Shown here: positions 44,833 to 53,014 of the stretch, one piece after another
How the letters are laid out: each line of letters starts with the position of its first letter
How positions within the stretch are numbered: position 1 is the stretch's first letter
IMG/VR virus record: IMGVR_UViG_3300020152_000001
Coordinates: 44,766 to 108,765 of that record
Strand: one strand, 5' to 3'
Origin: a virus
Lineage: Duplodnaviria; Heunggongvirae; Uroviricota; Caudoviricetes
Length of the DNA: 64,000 nt
Translations under genes and position numbers: made by a program
The notes under the pieces: model-generated
Databases searched by the model: none
The model's input: the letters and a program-made list of their open reading frames with translations, nothing else
Told to the model about the DNA's origin: nothing

Positions 44833-44929
44833 CGTAAGTCCGCCTGACACGGTGAGAAGAGAGAAGAGCAAAGGCCAGAAGTGCGTCCACCGACGTAAGT
44901 TTCACTAACCCCGAAAGGAAAGTCCCACC

Positions 44930-45664
44930 ATGGGCAACGAAGTAGCAGTGCGAAATCAAAGCAACGCGGTCGCGACCGCAGCTGATCAATGGGCCGACCT
45001 CGCCAACCAATACAGCGCTGGCGGCGGTGACGGCGGCGGCGTCCAATTCCTGAAGTTCAACGGCAACGACGGCGAATTCACCTACGGCGCCAATCGCGAA
45101 GTCCTCGACATCGGCACGCAGCTCGCCGTCAACATGGAGAGCTACGAAGTCGGCTTCATCTGCTGGAAAGAGGGCGAAGTCGTCGACGAGAAGATGGTGC
45201 CGATCGTCTCCGGCCAGTCGGTCAGCAAGGCCGATCTCCCGGATCACGGTCCCTACAAGACCTACGAAGACGGCACGAAAGACGGCTGGTCCGAGCAGCG
45301 TTCGGTGAACTTCAAGGGCATCGAAGACGGTACCGATTATCAGTTCAAGACGACCTCGAAGTCGGGCCTCATCGCCCTGGGCAACCTCCTCCGCGACTTC
45401 GCGAAGGGCGTGAAGCTCAACGACGGCAAGGTCCCGGTGATCGAACTCGCGATCAACACCTTCACGCCGAAGAACAACCCCCGCGCCGGCAAGAAGCACG
45501 CGCCGACGTTCAAGATCGTCGCCTGGGTCGATCAGAACGAACTCGCGGAAACGATCTCCAGCAACAGCGCCGCTGCGGCTGAAGAAGAAGTCGCGGCTCC
45601 GCCGCCGCCTCCGCCAGCTCCGGCTCCGGCCGCTGAGGGCGGTCGTCGCGGCCGTCGCTTCTAA
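44930..45664 (+). CDS. hypothetical protein (possible ssDNA-binding/annealing protein by context)
   Basis: Sits between a nuclease and a helicase. Pro/Ala-rich C-terminal tail. Confidence 0.4.
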   Translation: MGNEVAVRNQSNAVATAADQWADLANQYSAGGGDGGGVQFLKFNGNDGEFTYGANREVLDIGTQLAVNMESYEVGFICWKEGEVVDEKMVPIVSGQSVSKADLPDHGPYKTYEDGTKDGWSEQRSVNFKGIEDGTDYQFKTTSKSGLIALGNLLRDFAKGVKLNDGKVPVIELAINTFTPKNNPRAGKKHAPTFKIVAWVDQNELAETISSNSAAAAEEEVAAPPPPPPAPAPAAEGGRRGRRF

Positions 45665-45679
45665 CGACTGAAGGACCAC

Positions 45680-45707
45680 GGAGGCGGCTTCGGCCGCCTC
45701 CGGTTCT
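45680..45707 (+). terminator. terminator-like hairpin
   Basis: GGAGGCGGC-ttcg-GCCGCCTCC is a perfect 9-bp stem with a tetraloop, followed by GGTTCT. Confidence 0.4.
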
Positions 45708-45710
45708 GAG

Positions 45711-47066
45711 ATGCCGACGCTCTCCCCCCAACAAGAGGATGCCGTTCGCGGAGTCGCCAAGTGGTTTGGTGATTCACCGCACGCGCAGCCTCATAAGCTC
45801 GCGGGCTTCGCCGGCACCGGCAAGTCGACAATCCTCCCGTACATCATCGAAGAATGCGGACTGCAGCCTTCGCAAGTGGCATTTTGCGCCCCCACCGGCA
45901 AAGCCGCAAAGGTGATGACGGAGAAGTTCAAGGCCCAAGGCTGGGACGATGTCGCGGCCAACACCATCCACAAGCTCATCTACAAGCGCCCGGACGACAA
46001 AGCCGATGGCGTGAAGAAACTCCTCGATAGCGCCGAGGACAAGGCCAACGATCTCGCGGCACAGCTGACGGCCGCACGGGCGCAGGGACGCGCCCCCGAA
46101 GAAGTCAGCAAGCTCGAAGTCGACCTCGCCGGCGCCGAGAAGAACGCCAAGGACTTGCAAGCTCGCTTCAAGGAAGCTCTGAGCACGCGCAAGTCCGGCC
46201 TTCGCTTCGAACTCAACAGCGGCTCTCCCATCCGCATGAAGCAGCTCGTCGTCGTCGACGAGGCTTCAATGGTGTCCGAAGAACTCGCTAACGATCTCCG
46301 AGGCTTCGGCGTCCCCATCCTCGCCATCGGCGACCCCGGCCAGCTGCCGCCGGTCTCCGGCGGCATGGGCTTCGACATCACACGGCCGGACTCCTTTCTC
46401 TCGGAGATTCACCGGCAAGCGGCCGACAATCCCATCATCTGGTTGTCGAAGGAAATCCGTGAAGGCCGGCGGCCGGACTACGGCAGCTACGGCGACGGCA
46501 TTCTCCGCATCCTCACGAAGAAGCAGGACGATGTCACTGAAGACGTTGGCCGCGATCTTCAAGTCATTTGCGGAACCCATGCCACGCGCTGGCGGCTGAC
46601 GCAGAAGATTCGAAAGGCCGCTGGCTACACGTCGACGGGTCCGCAGAAGGACGAGCCCCTACTCGTCTGCCGCAACTCGCAGACCATCCCCACGCTCGTC
46701 AACGGCTCGTTCGTCTACTGCGAAGAAGACGTTGGCGAACTCGTGCCGCAGTCCGACAGCTTCGAGGTCAAGTTCACCGACGAGTACGGCGAAACGCGGA
46801 AGCTCCGCGTGCTCCAGGCGCTGTTTGAAGAGCACCTGCTGCGAAAGCAAGGCGCCGCGACCATCACCGATCGCCAGCTCTGGATGGCGCGGAAGTCGTA
46901 CCACCAGCTCGACTTCGGATGGGTGCTGACCTGTCACAAGTCGCAGGGCAGTCAGTGGGATGAAGTCGTCGTCCACGACGAAAGCTCCCGCTTCCGCGAA
47001 GACTCCGACAAGTGGCTCTACACGGCGGTCACGCGTGCGGCGCAGCGTCTGACGGTGATCGTATGA
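45711..47066 (+). CDS. RecD/Dda-like SF1 helicase
   Basis: GFAGTGKST, VVVDEASMV, GDPGQLPPV, TCHKSQGSQWD, LYTAVTRA. Confidence 0.85.
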   Translation: MPTLSPQQEDAVRGVAKWFGDSPHAQPHKLAGFAGTGKSTILPYIIEECGLQPSQVAFCAPTGKAAKVMTEKFKAQGWDDVAANTIHKLIYKRPDDKADGVKKLLDSAEDKANDLAAQLTAARAQGRAPEEVSKLEVDLAGAEKNAKDLQARFKEALSTRKSGLRFELNSGSPIRMKQLVVVDEASMVSEELANDLRGFGVPILAIGDPGQLPPVSGGMGFDITRPDSFLSEIHRQAADNPIIWLSKEIREGRRPDYGSYGDGILRILTKKQDDVTEDVGRDLQVICGTHATRWRLTQKIRKAAGYTSTGPQKDEPLLVCRNSQTIPTLVNGSFVYCEEDVGELVPQSDSFEVKFTDEYGETRKLRVLQALFEEHLLRKQGAATITDRQLWMARKSYHQLDFGWVLTCHKSQGSQWDEVVVHDESSRFREDSDKWLYTAVTRAAQRLTVIV

Positions 47067-47404
47067 CCGCGACATACGAAGACTATCGCCGAGAACTCGC
47101 AGAGGCCGTCGATCTCACAGAGACCGTGATCTCGGCGACAACCAACCTTCTCACCTTCCTGGAGAGCCTGCGTGTCTCCGTGCCCGAAGTCTGGCAGGAT
47201 GACGACACTCTCGATCTCCGCTGGGAGGGCGACAAGCCCTACACCGCATGGACGCTGCACGTGTCCGAGAAGCGGACGATCGCCGTCTACACCAATCTCC
47301 GAGGCGAAGGCTACGGCGTCGCCGTCGAAGACTATGAGCACCTGAAGAGGTTGCTCGCCGACACCCGCATCGCCTTCGTCATCGAGAAAGCCAATGTCTG
47401 CTAG
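47063..47404 (+). CDS. hypothetical protein
   Basis: ATGA coupling with the helicase. Confidence 0.4.
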   Translation: MTATYEDYRRELAEAVDLTETVISATTNLLTFLESLRVSVPEVWQDDDTLDLRWEGDKPYTAWTLHVSEKRTIAVYTNLRGEGYGVAVEDYEHLKRLLADTRIAFVIEKANVC

Positions 47405-47993
47405 GCCCGCCAACGGTCCCGAATTCTGGGACGTGATTCTCCGCGACATCAGACGCGAGAACCCCAGCATCCAGCCCATCATTGCCGGTGGCGCCGTCCG
47501 CGACTTCATCCTCGGCGGCGAAGCCAAGGACATTGATGTGTGGTTCTACAAGTCGACGCGCGGTGGCCCGACGACCGCGACCATGCACAAGGCCAAGCGT
47601 TGGACTCGTGTCGTACCCGATGACGAAGACGAGAACGAATACGCCAGCAACAGCCGGCTGAAGATGCTGCACAACTACGCCTTCTACGGCTGGGACGTGC
47701 AGCTCATCGGCGTCGACGTGTTCCCCTGGGGCTGGGAGTCACTCGTCAACGACTTCAACATCGGCCTTTCGAAGATGGCCTATGACGGCGCCGTCCATGC
47801 TCACGCCGACGCCCTCACGGACATCGCCAACAAAACCGTGAGCATCGTCAAACCCAACGCAGGCGAACGCCTGAAGCGGTGTGTCGGCAAGGCCACGGCG
47901 CTCGCAGCGAAGTACGGCTTCGACAAGAGCAACATCATCCCAGCGGCCATGAGCGTAGTCGACGATTTCGAACTCGAAGAGGTCCCGTTCTAA
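47394..47993 (+). CDS. CCA-adding-enzyme-like nucleotidyltransferase head domain (Pol-beta superfamily)
   Basis: IIAGGAVRDFILGGEAKDIDV matches the class II tRNA nucleotidyltransferase GGxVRD...DxD catalytic motif. Only 199 aa, so no body or tail domain. Confidence 0.55.
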   Translation: MSARPANGPEFWDVILRDIRRENPSIQPIIAGGAVRDFILGGEAKDIDVWFYKSTRGGPTTATMHKAKRWTRVVPDDEDENEYASNSRLKMLHNYAFYGWDVQLIGVDVFPWGWESLVNDFNIGLSKMAYDGAVHAHADALTDIANKTVSIVKPNAGERLKRCVGKATALAAKYGFDKSNIIPAAMSVVDDFELEEVPF

Positions 47994-48586
47994 TGGCGGC
48001 ATGGATCGAGGGCTACGTCTCTCGGTTCGACACCGAAGACTGCTACGGAGACATCAACTTAGAAACCTGCTTCGACGTGTTTCTTCGGCGCTACCGCACC
48101 GTCTTTGAGTGCGGCGTCCCCATGCTCATCGAGCACGACGACAAGAGGCTCTGCGGGCGCTGGTACAGGTTCTGGAAGGACAAGGACGGTCTCATTGGCC
48201 GTGGTGAAATCTTCCGTCATCGGAAACATGGCCGCAACGCCGTCGCCGGGATTCTAGACGGCAGTCGTCGCGATCTCAGCATCGGTTTCTGGCACTCGCG
48301 GAGCCGACACGATTCCAGCCGTTGGTATCGCGTCGATTCCGACGACAAGAAGACCATCAAGTTTCTGCGGAAGGGCGGCCGGCGGCTGATCCCTTCCCAA
48401 ACCGAGGCCCAGGCCTTCGCCTTCAGGCCGTTTGTTAAGACCCGCATCCTCATCGGCGAGGTCTCGCTCGTTAACCGAGCCGCCTGCGTTGGGTCGCGGG
48501 TGCAACAAATCGTTAACCACGGGGTCAGTTTGCCTGACTTCGGCGCAATTCCGCTTGACATTCAGTCAGCGTCAGTATCTAACTAG
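47993..48586 (+). CDS. HK97-family prohead protease-like protein (peptidase S78/U35-like)
   Basis: IEGYVSRFDTEDCYGD...PMLIEHDD...LSIGF follows the S78 pattern (GYASVF..D..GD...HD...LSiGF). Located in the replication module, away from any head genes. Confidence 0.4.
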   Translation: MAAWIEGYVSRFDTEDCYGDINLETCFDVFLRRYRTVFECGVPMLIEHDDKRLCGRWYRFWKDKDGLIGRGEIFRHRKHGRNAVAGILDGSRRDLSIGFWHSRSRHDSSRWYRVDSDDKKTIKFLRKGGRRLIPSQTEAQAFAFRPFVKTRILIGEVSLVNRAACVGSRVQQIVNHGVSLPDFGAIPLDIQSASVSN

Positions 48587-48595
48587 GAGGATGAA

Positions 48596-49558
48596 GTGCA
48601 GTTCCAAGTCGTCGCTATCGCCGGCCGCAAGTTCGCCGGCAAGGACACCGCAGCGCAGGCTCTCGTCGATGAGGGCTATGTGAACGTGAAGTTCGCGACG
48701 CCGTTGAAACTGATGATCCGCACGCTGCTGGAGGCCCGGGGGGCCACGGCCGATGAAGCCGAGCGGATGACGGACGGCGATCTCAAAGAAGTCGTGACAC
48801 CGCTGCTGGACTTCAGCAATACCGGCTCCAGCGAACTCCAGGTGCTGGCCACGGCCATGCTCCGCGTTCTCCTCACGTATCAGGGCGTAAGTGACTATGA
48901 CGCCGGTGTGATGCTGGAAGGCAACGCGAAAGACAAAGCGACGAAATACCTCCAATTCCGAACCCCTGCTTACGCGTTGGAAACCCTGGCTGGCCTATGG
49001 CTGGGGAAAATCATGTCGGCAGGCCCGGCCACCAGCCGGTACGCGATGCAGACGCTTGGGACGGAATGGGGTCGCGATACCATGGGCGAAGGCCAGTGGG
49101 TTGATGCAGCCGTCAACTGCATCGAAGAGATCAAGAAGTCCGGCGGCAAGGCCGTCGTCTCTGACATGCGCTTTCCCAACGAAGGCGACGCCATGGACAC
49201 CATCGGCGCCCTGAAACTTCGCGTTCGTCGCTCCGGAGACCCGCAACAGTTCAACAGCTTCTCCAACCACCCGAGCGAGACCGCGATCGACGACCTGTCG
49301 GTTCATCTTGACATCGATAACGACAGCACGATCGAAATGCTGCACGGCCGCGTGAAGCTCGCGGCGCAGAACCAGAAACAAGTCCGCCTCGTCGAAACCA
49401 TCGACCGCTCCGAACTCGAAGCCATGGGCGGAAATCTAGTCACGCATCCGAAGCTCGCCGGCGCCTACTCGGTGCTTTCTCAGTACCAGGACGATGCCAC
49501 TCGGAAGCTGAAAGTCGAATTTCTTGCGCTACGCCCGATTTTGGACTTGGCGGCATAG
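48596..49558 (+). CDS. dNMP kinase domain protein (T4 gp1-like) with C-terminal extension
   Basis: VAIAGRKFAGKDT matches the T4 gp1 P-loop (SGVKRSGKDT). Confidence 0.55.
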   Translation: MQFQVVAIAGRKFAGKDTAAQALVDEGYVNVKFATPLKLMIRTLLEARGATADEAERMTDGDLKEVVTPLLDFSNTGSSELQVLATAMLRVLLTYQGVSDYDAGVMLEGNAKDKATKYLQFRTPAYALETLAGLWLGKIMSAGPATSRYAMQTLGTEWGRDTMGEGQWVDAAVNCIEEIKKSGGKAVVSDMRFPNEGDAMDTIGALKLRVRRSGDPQQFNSFSNHPSETAIDDLSVHLDIDNDSTIEMLHGRVKLAAQNQKQVRLVETIDRSELEAMGGNLVTHPKLAGAYSVLSQYQDDATRKLKVEFLALRPILDLAA

Positions 49559-49638
49559 GACGAATTTCGCGCGTAGGGAGTACGCGTGAAAAATGCGCCG
49601 TTTCAGCTGAGAAGCGGCCTGGAATACATCAACGGGCT

Positions 49639-49977
49639 GTGTATTCAGCCCACAGGGACAAAGCTGCGGAAAGGCGAACACCAATGGCTGAAGTTGCAAT
49701 GAAATTTATCGATCTCCTGGCGACGGCGGTGCCGACTGTTCAGGTGCAGATCGATGTCGAACACAGCGAGGACGAGAAGGACAAGCCGGCGACGTTGGCG
49801 ATGATCTACGCGCTCACAGTCCACCGCCTCGTGCAATCTGGTGACATGAACGCTCTCAGCCGCCGCGTCTGCGCCGACCTGTATCCTCGCCTCGCTCCTA
49901 CACCACCTAGGGAGCAATCGGCGGATGCCGAGTCCATCGTCCAACAACAACAAGAACAACCGACCGTCACCCACTAA
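49639..49977 (+). CDS. hypothetical protein
   Basis: ORF in operon. Start uncertain. Confidence 0.3.
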   Translation: MYSAHRDKAAERRTPMAEVAMKFIDLLATAVPTVQVQIDVEHSEDEKDKPATLAMIYALTVHRLVQSGDMNALSRRVCADLYPRLAPTPPREQSADAESIVQQQQEQPTVTH

Positions 49978-50308
49978 GGAAGAGCTGCAAGCTCTTCGCG
50001 ATCAGGGACTATCTCGCGAACAGATGGCCGAACGCTACGGCGTAGGCCTATCTCAGATGAAGCGCTGGATTGCAGCGCTGGGCGTGAAGCCAGCCGCGAA
50101 GCGGCCATCTCGGGCCCGCCCGAAGAAGCAAGAAGAACCCAAGCTCGAAGACGGTTTCTCTCTCGTTGACATCGCCGCGTATCGACTCGGCGATCGTCTT
50201 ACCGAGCGTAAAGGTCGTGGCTATTATCTCGACGGGCAGCCTGCGAGCACGGCGACAATCCTCGCCGCCGCAGGGTTAGATTTCCTCGACGCAAAGCCGC
50301 GACATTGA
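49925..50308 (+). CDS. HTH DNA-binding protein (GcrA-N-terminal-like?)
   Basis: LRDQGLSREQMAERYGVGLSQMKRWIAALGV is an HTH resembling the GcrA / sigma region 4 type. Confidence 0.4.
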   Translation: MPSPSSNNNKNNRPSPTKEELQALRDQGLSREQMAERYGVGLSQMKRWIAALGVKPAAKRPSRARPKKQEEPKLEDGFSLVDIAAYRLGDRLTERKGRGYYLDGQPASTATILAAAGLDFLDAKPRH

Positions 50309-50455
50309 TTCTTGCGGCCGTCAGTTTTATTGACACGGCCGGCAAGCGTCGCTATCCTCGTCCTTCATCCCAAAAGCCGCACGGCCTAGCCGGCGAGACC
50401 TTGCGTCCGCCGGACGCCTCCCCTGTTGCCTCCAACCAAGAAGGTCACAAGACCC

Positions 50456-52495
50456 ATGAAACTCCGTCCGTCCGTCCGCGCCGAAATCGTCGAGCATCGC
50501 ACCTATCTCCGCCCGCTCGATGACGAGGGCGCAGTATTCGAGACGACGGAGCAAGCAGTCGACCGCATCATCGGCCATCAGCGATGGCTTTGGGAGCGCG
50601 CCCGTGGTGAGGCGTTGGGTCCGACACAGGAAGCCGAACTCTCGGAGCTTCGCCAGCTTCTCATTGAACGCAAGGTCACTGTCGCCGGCCGCACGCGTTG
50701 GCTAGGCGGCACTGAAGTCGCCCGGCGTCGTGAGTCCTCGCAGTTCAACTGCGCTCACCTCGAAATCCGCACCGTCCACGACATCGTCGACTCGTTGTGG
50801 CTCCTGCTGCAAGGCTGCGGCGTCGGCTTCACTCCGGTGCCTGGAAGTCTCAATGGATTCCAGTGTCCGATTCCCGAAGTCGTCGTGAAGCCGAGCGCCG
50901 TGACGAAGGAAGCGTGGGAAGCCGGCGTTCGTGGCCGCGAGAACAACCGCGAAAGCTTCAACCGCCGCACCGGCGTCTGGACAATCACCGTTGGCGACAG
51001 CGCCGAAGCCTGGGCGAAGTCCATCGGCAAGATCATGGCCGGCAAGTATCCGGCGAAGAAACTCGTACTCGACTTCTCGCAAATTCGTCCAGGCGGTATT
51101 CGTCTGAAGGGCTACGGCTGGATCAGCAGCGGCCACGAGCCCATCGCCAACGCCTTTAAGAAGATCGCCGAGATCATGAGCGCCCGCGCCGGGCAGCTCC
51201 TGTCGAAGATCGACATCCTCGACATCATCAATCTCCTCGGCACCATCCTGTCATCGCGTCGATCGGCGCAAATCGCTCTCGTGGAATTCGGCAGCCCAGA
51301 GTGGGTCGAGTTCGCGAAAGCCAAGGCCAACTACTGGGCGCCGGAAGTCAACAAGCCCTGGCGCGCTCAATCCAACAACAGCTTGGTCTTCTACCAGCGG
51401 CCGACTCGCGACGACATCCGCAGCATCCTCGAAATCATGATGGCTGCCGGCGGCAGCGAACCCGGCTTCATCAATGGCGTCGCCGCTCGCGTTCGCGCCG
51501 CTTGGTTCAAGGGTGCGAACCCCTGCGCCGAAATCCTCCTCGGCGATCGTTCTTTCTGCAACCTCGTCGAAGTCGTTCTCTTCCGCTTCAACGGCGATCG
51601 TCAGGCCCTATACCGCGCCTTCTGGCTCATCGCCCGTGCGAACTACCGGCAGACGTGTGTCGACCTCGACGACGGCATCCTCCAGCGCGGTTGGCACGAA
51701 CTCAACGAGTTCTTGCGGCTCTGCGGCGTTGGCGTCACCGGCGTCGTCTCCTGGGATAGCCACGGCGACCCCATTGCGTGGCAGCAACTCCGGCTTGCGG
51801 CTGTAGACGGCGCCAACTCCATCGCCGACGAACTCGGCCTGCCCCGAGCTAAGGCCGTGACCACGATCAAGCCCAGCGGCACGCAATCCAAGGCCCTCAG
51901 CCTCGAAGGCCAGGAAGTGCCAGAAGGCATTCACAAGCCCCTGGGTCGCTTCATCTTCAACAACATCGGCTTCGGCCGGCATGATCCCCTGGTCGCGAAG
52001 CTCAAACGAGCCGGCTACTACGTCTTCGATAATCCCTACGACGCCACCGGCGTCCTCGTCCGCATTCCCGTGGAATTCTCCAACATCGAGTTCGACGCCG
52101 TCGAGCGCGAGATCAACGGCGAACGCGTGGTCGTCGAGGTCAATCAAGAGTCGGCGATCTCTCAGCTGGAGCGCTACAAGCTCGTGATGGAGAACTACGT
52201 CGACCACAACGCCTCGATCACGGTCTCCTACGACCCCTCCGAGGCCGATGAGATCGCGGACTGGCTGCACAACAACTGGGACATCTACGTCGGAGTCAGC
52301 TTCCTCTATCGCAACGACCCCGCGAAGACGGCGGCCGATCTCGGCTACGCGTATCTGCCGCAGGAAGTCGTCGATGAGCGCACCTATCGAGAATACGTCG
52401 CCGGCCTGAAGCAGCTGAATTTGCGTGGCACCGACTCCTTCGACGAGGTCGAACTCGGCGATCAATGCGCGACTGGCGCTTGCCCGATTCGTTAA
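50456..52495 (+). CDS. nrdJ: class II (adenosylcobalamin-type) ribonucleotide reductase-like
   Basis: NPCAEILLGDRSFCNL matches the RNR NPCGE...CNL active-site motif. C-terminal CATGAC cysteine pair. Start moved to ATG at 50456 behind aagaagg; the track start is TTG. Confidence 0.55.
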   Translation: MKLRPSVRAEIVEHRTYLRPLDDEGAVFETTEQAVDRIIGHQRWLWERARGEALGPTQEAELSELRQLLIERKVTVAGRTRWLGGTEVARRRESSQFNCAHLEIRTVHDIVDSLWLLLQGCGVGFTPVPGSLNGFQCPIPEVVVKPSAVTKEAWEAGVRGRENNRESFNRRTGVWTITVGDSAEAWAKSIGKIMAGKYPAKKLVLDFSQIRPGGIRLKGYGWISSGHEPIANAFKKIAEIMSARAGQLLSKIDILDIINLLGTILSSRRSAQIALVEFGSPEWVEFAKAKANYWAPEVNKPWRAQSNNSLVFYQRPTRDDIRSILEIMMAAGGSEPGFINGVAARVRAAWFKGANPCAEILLGDRSFCNLVEVVLFRFNGDRQALYRAFWLIARANYRQTCVDLDDGILQRGWHELNEFLRLCGVGVTGVVSWDSHGDPIAWQQLRLAAVDGANSIADELGLPRAKAVTTIKPSGTQSKALSLEGQEVPEGIHKPLGRFIFNNIGFGRHDPLVAKLKRAGYYVFDNPYDATGVLVRIPVEFSNIEFDAVEREINGERVVVEVNQESAISQLERYKLVMENYVDHNASITVSYDPSEADEIADWLHNNWDIYVGVSFLYRNDPAKTAADLGYAYLPQEVVDERTYREYVAGLKQLNLRGTDSFDEVELGDQCATGACPIR

Positions 52496-52530
52496 GTCTC
52501 TCTTTCTGGCGCAACTGAGGACCGCTGAGA

Positions 52531-52544
52531 ATTGACTTTTGTCA
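52531..52544. repeat. perfect palindrome TTGACttttGTCAA
   Basis: Read directly from the sequence. Lies 36 bp after the RNR stop codon. Confidence 0.6.
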
Positions 52545-52574
52545 ACGGTGGGTTGCGCCTAAAGGCAGTCAGAA

Positions 52575-52689
52575 TCGCATAGCTCAGACGGTTAAGCGCA
52601 TAGCCGAGCTGAGATCGCAGTTGTTGCACTGCAATATATCACCGCACCCGCAACAAATTGCAGAAGAACGCTATGCGAACACGCATAGG
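52575..52689. repeat. four copies of the 8-mer CGCATAGC in both orientations (iteron/operator-like)
   Basis: CGCATAGC at 52575 and 52597, GCTATGCG at 52670, CGCATAGG at 52682. Interleaved inverted repeats TTGTTGC/GCAACAA and CTGCAAT/ATTGCAG and an ATATAT tract. The local GC content is visibly lower than elsewhere in the window (not computed). Confidence 0.5.
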
Positions 52690-53014
52690 CGGCGCAGTTG
52701 CTTGCCTAATGACCGAAACGTAAGGCGCAGACGAAAAAAGTTCCATACTGGGGCGCCGCAAGCGTAAAGCCAAGGTTCCCAAGAGCACTGCTAACGGCCG
52801 ACATGGTTCCCATACTTCAACACCACCGTAGACCTAAAGGATAGGCACATTGAATACTTGGATGGAGTGAGTTTAAGAAAGGTTGCTCTCACTGTCTTCT
52901 GGGGTTACTGTGGTCAATGTAAGCTACGCTTCTAACATGATTTGTTGCGCCACGCGCGATTTTGCTGTAGTGACTTACTCGCGTGGTCGGAACTGACCGC
53001 AGAGGTAAGAGTTG

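Noticed and set aside
52575-52615. tRNA-like sequence (GCATAGCTCAGACGGTTAAGCGC) in the intergenic region
   Set aside because: Shares a 10-mer with the real tRNA D-arm but cannot be folded into a cloverleaf (no acceptor or anticodon stems). Kept only as a note in the repeat-region finding.
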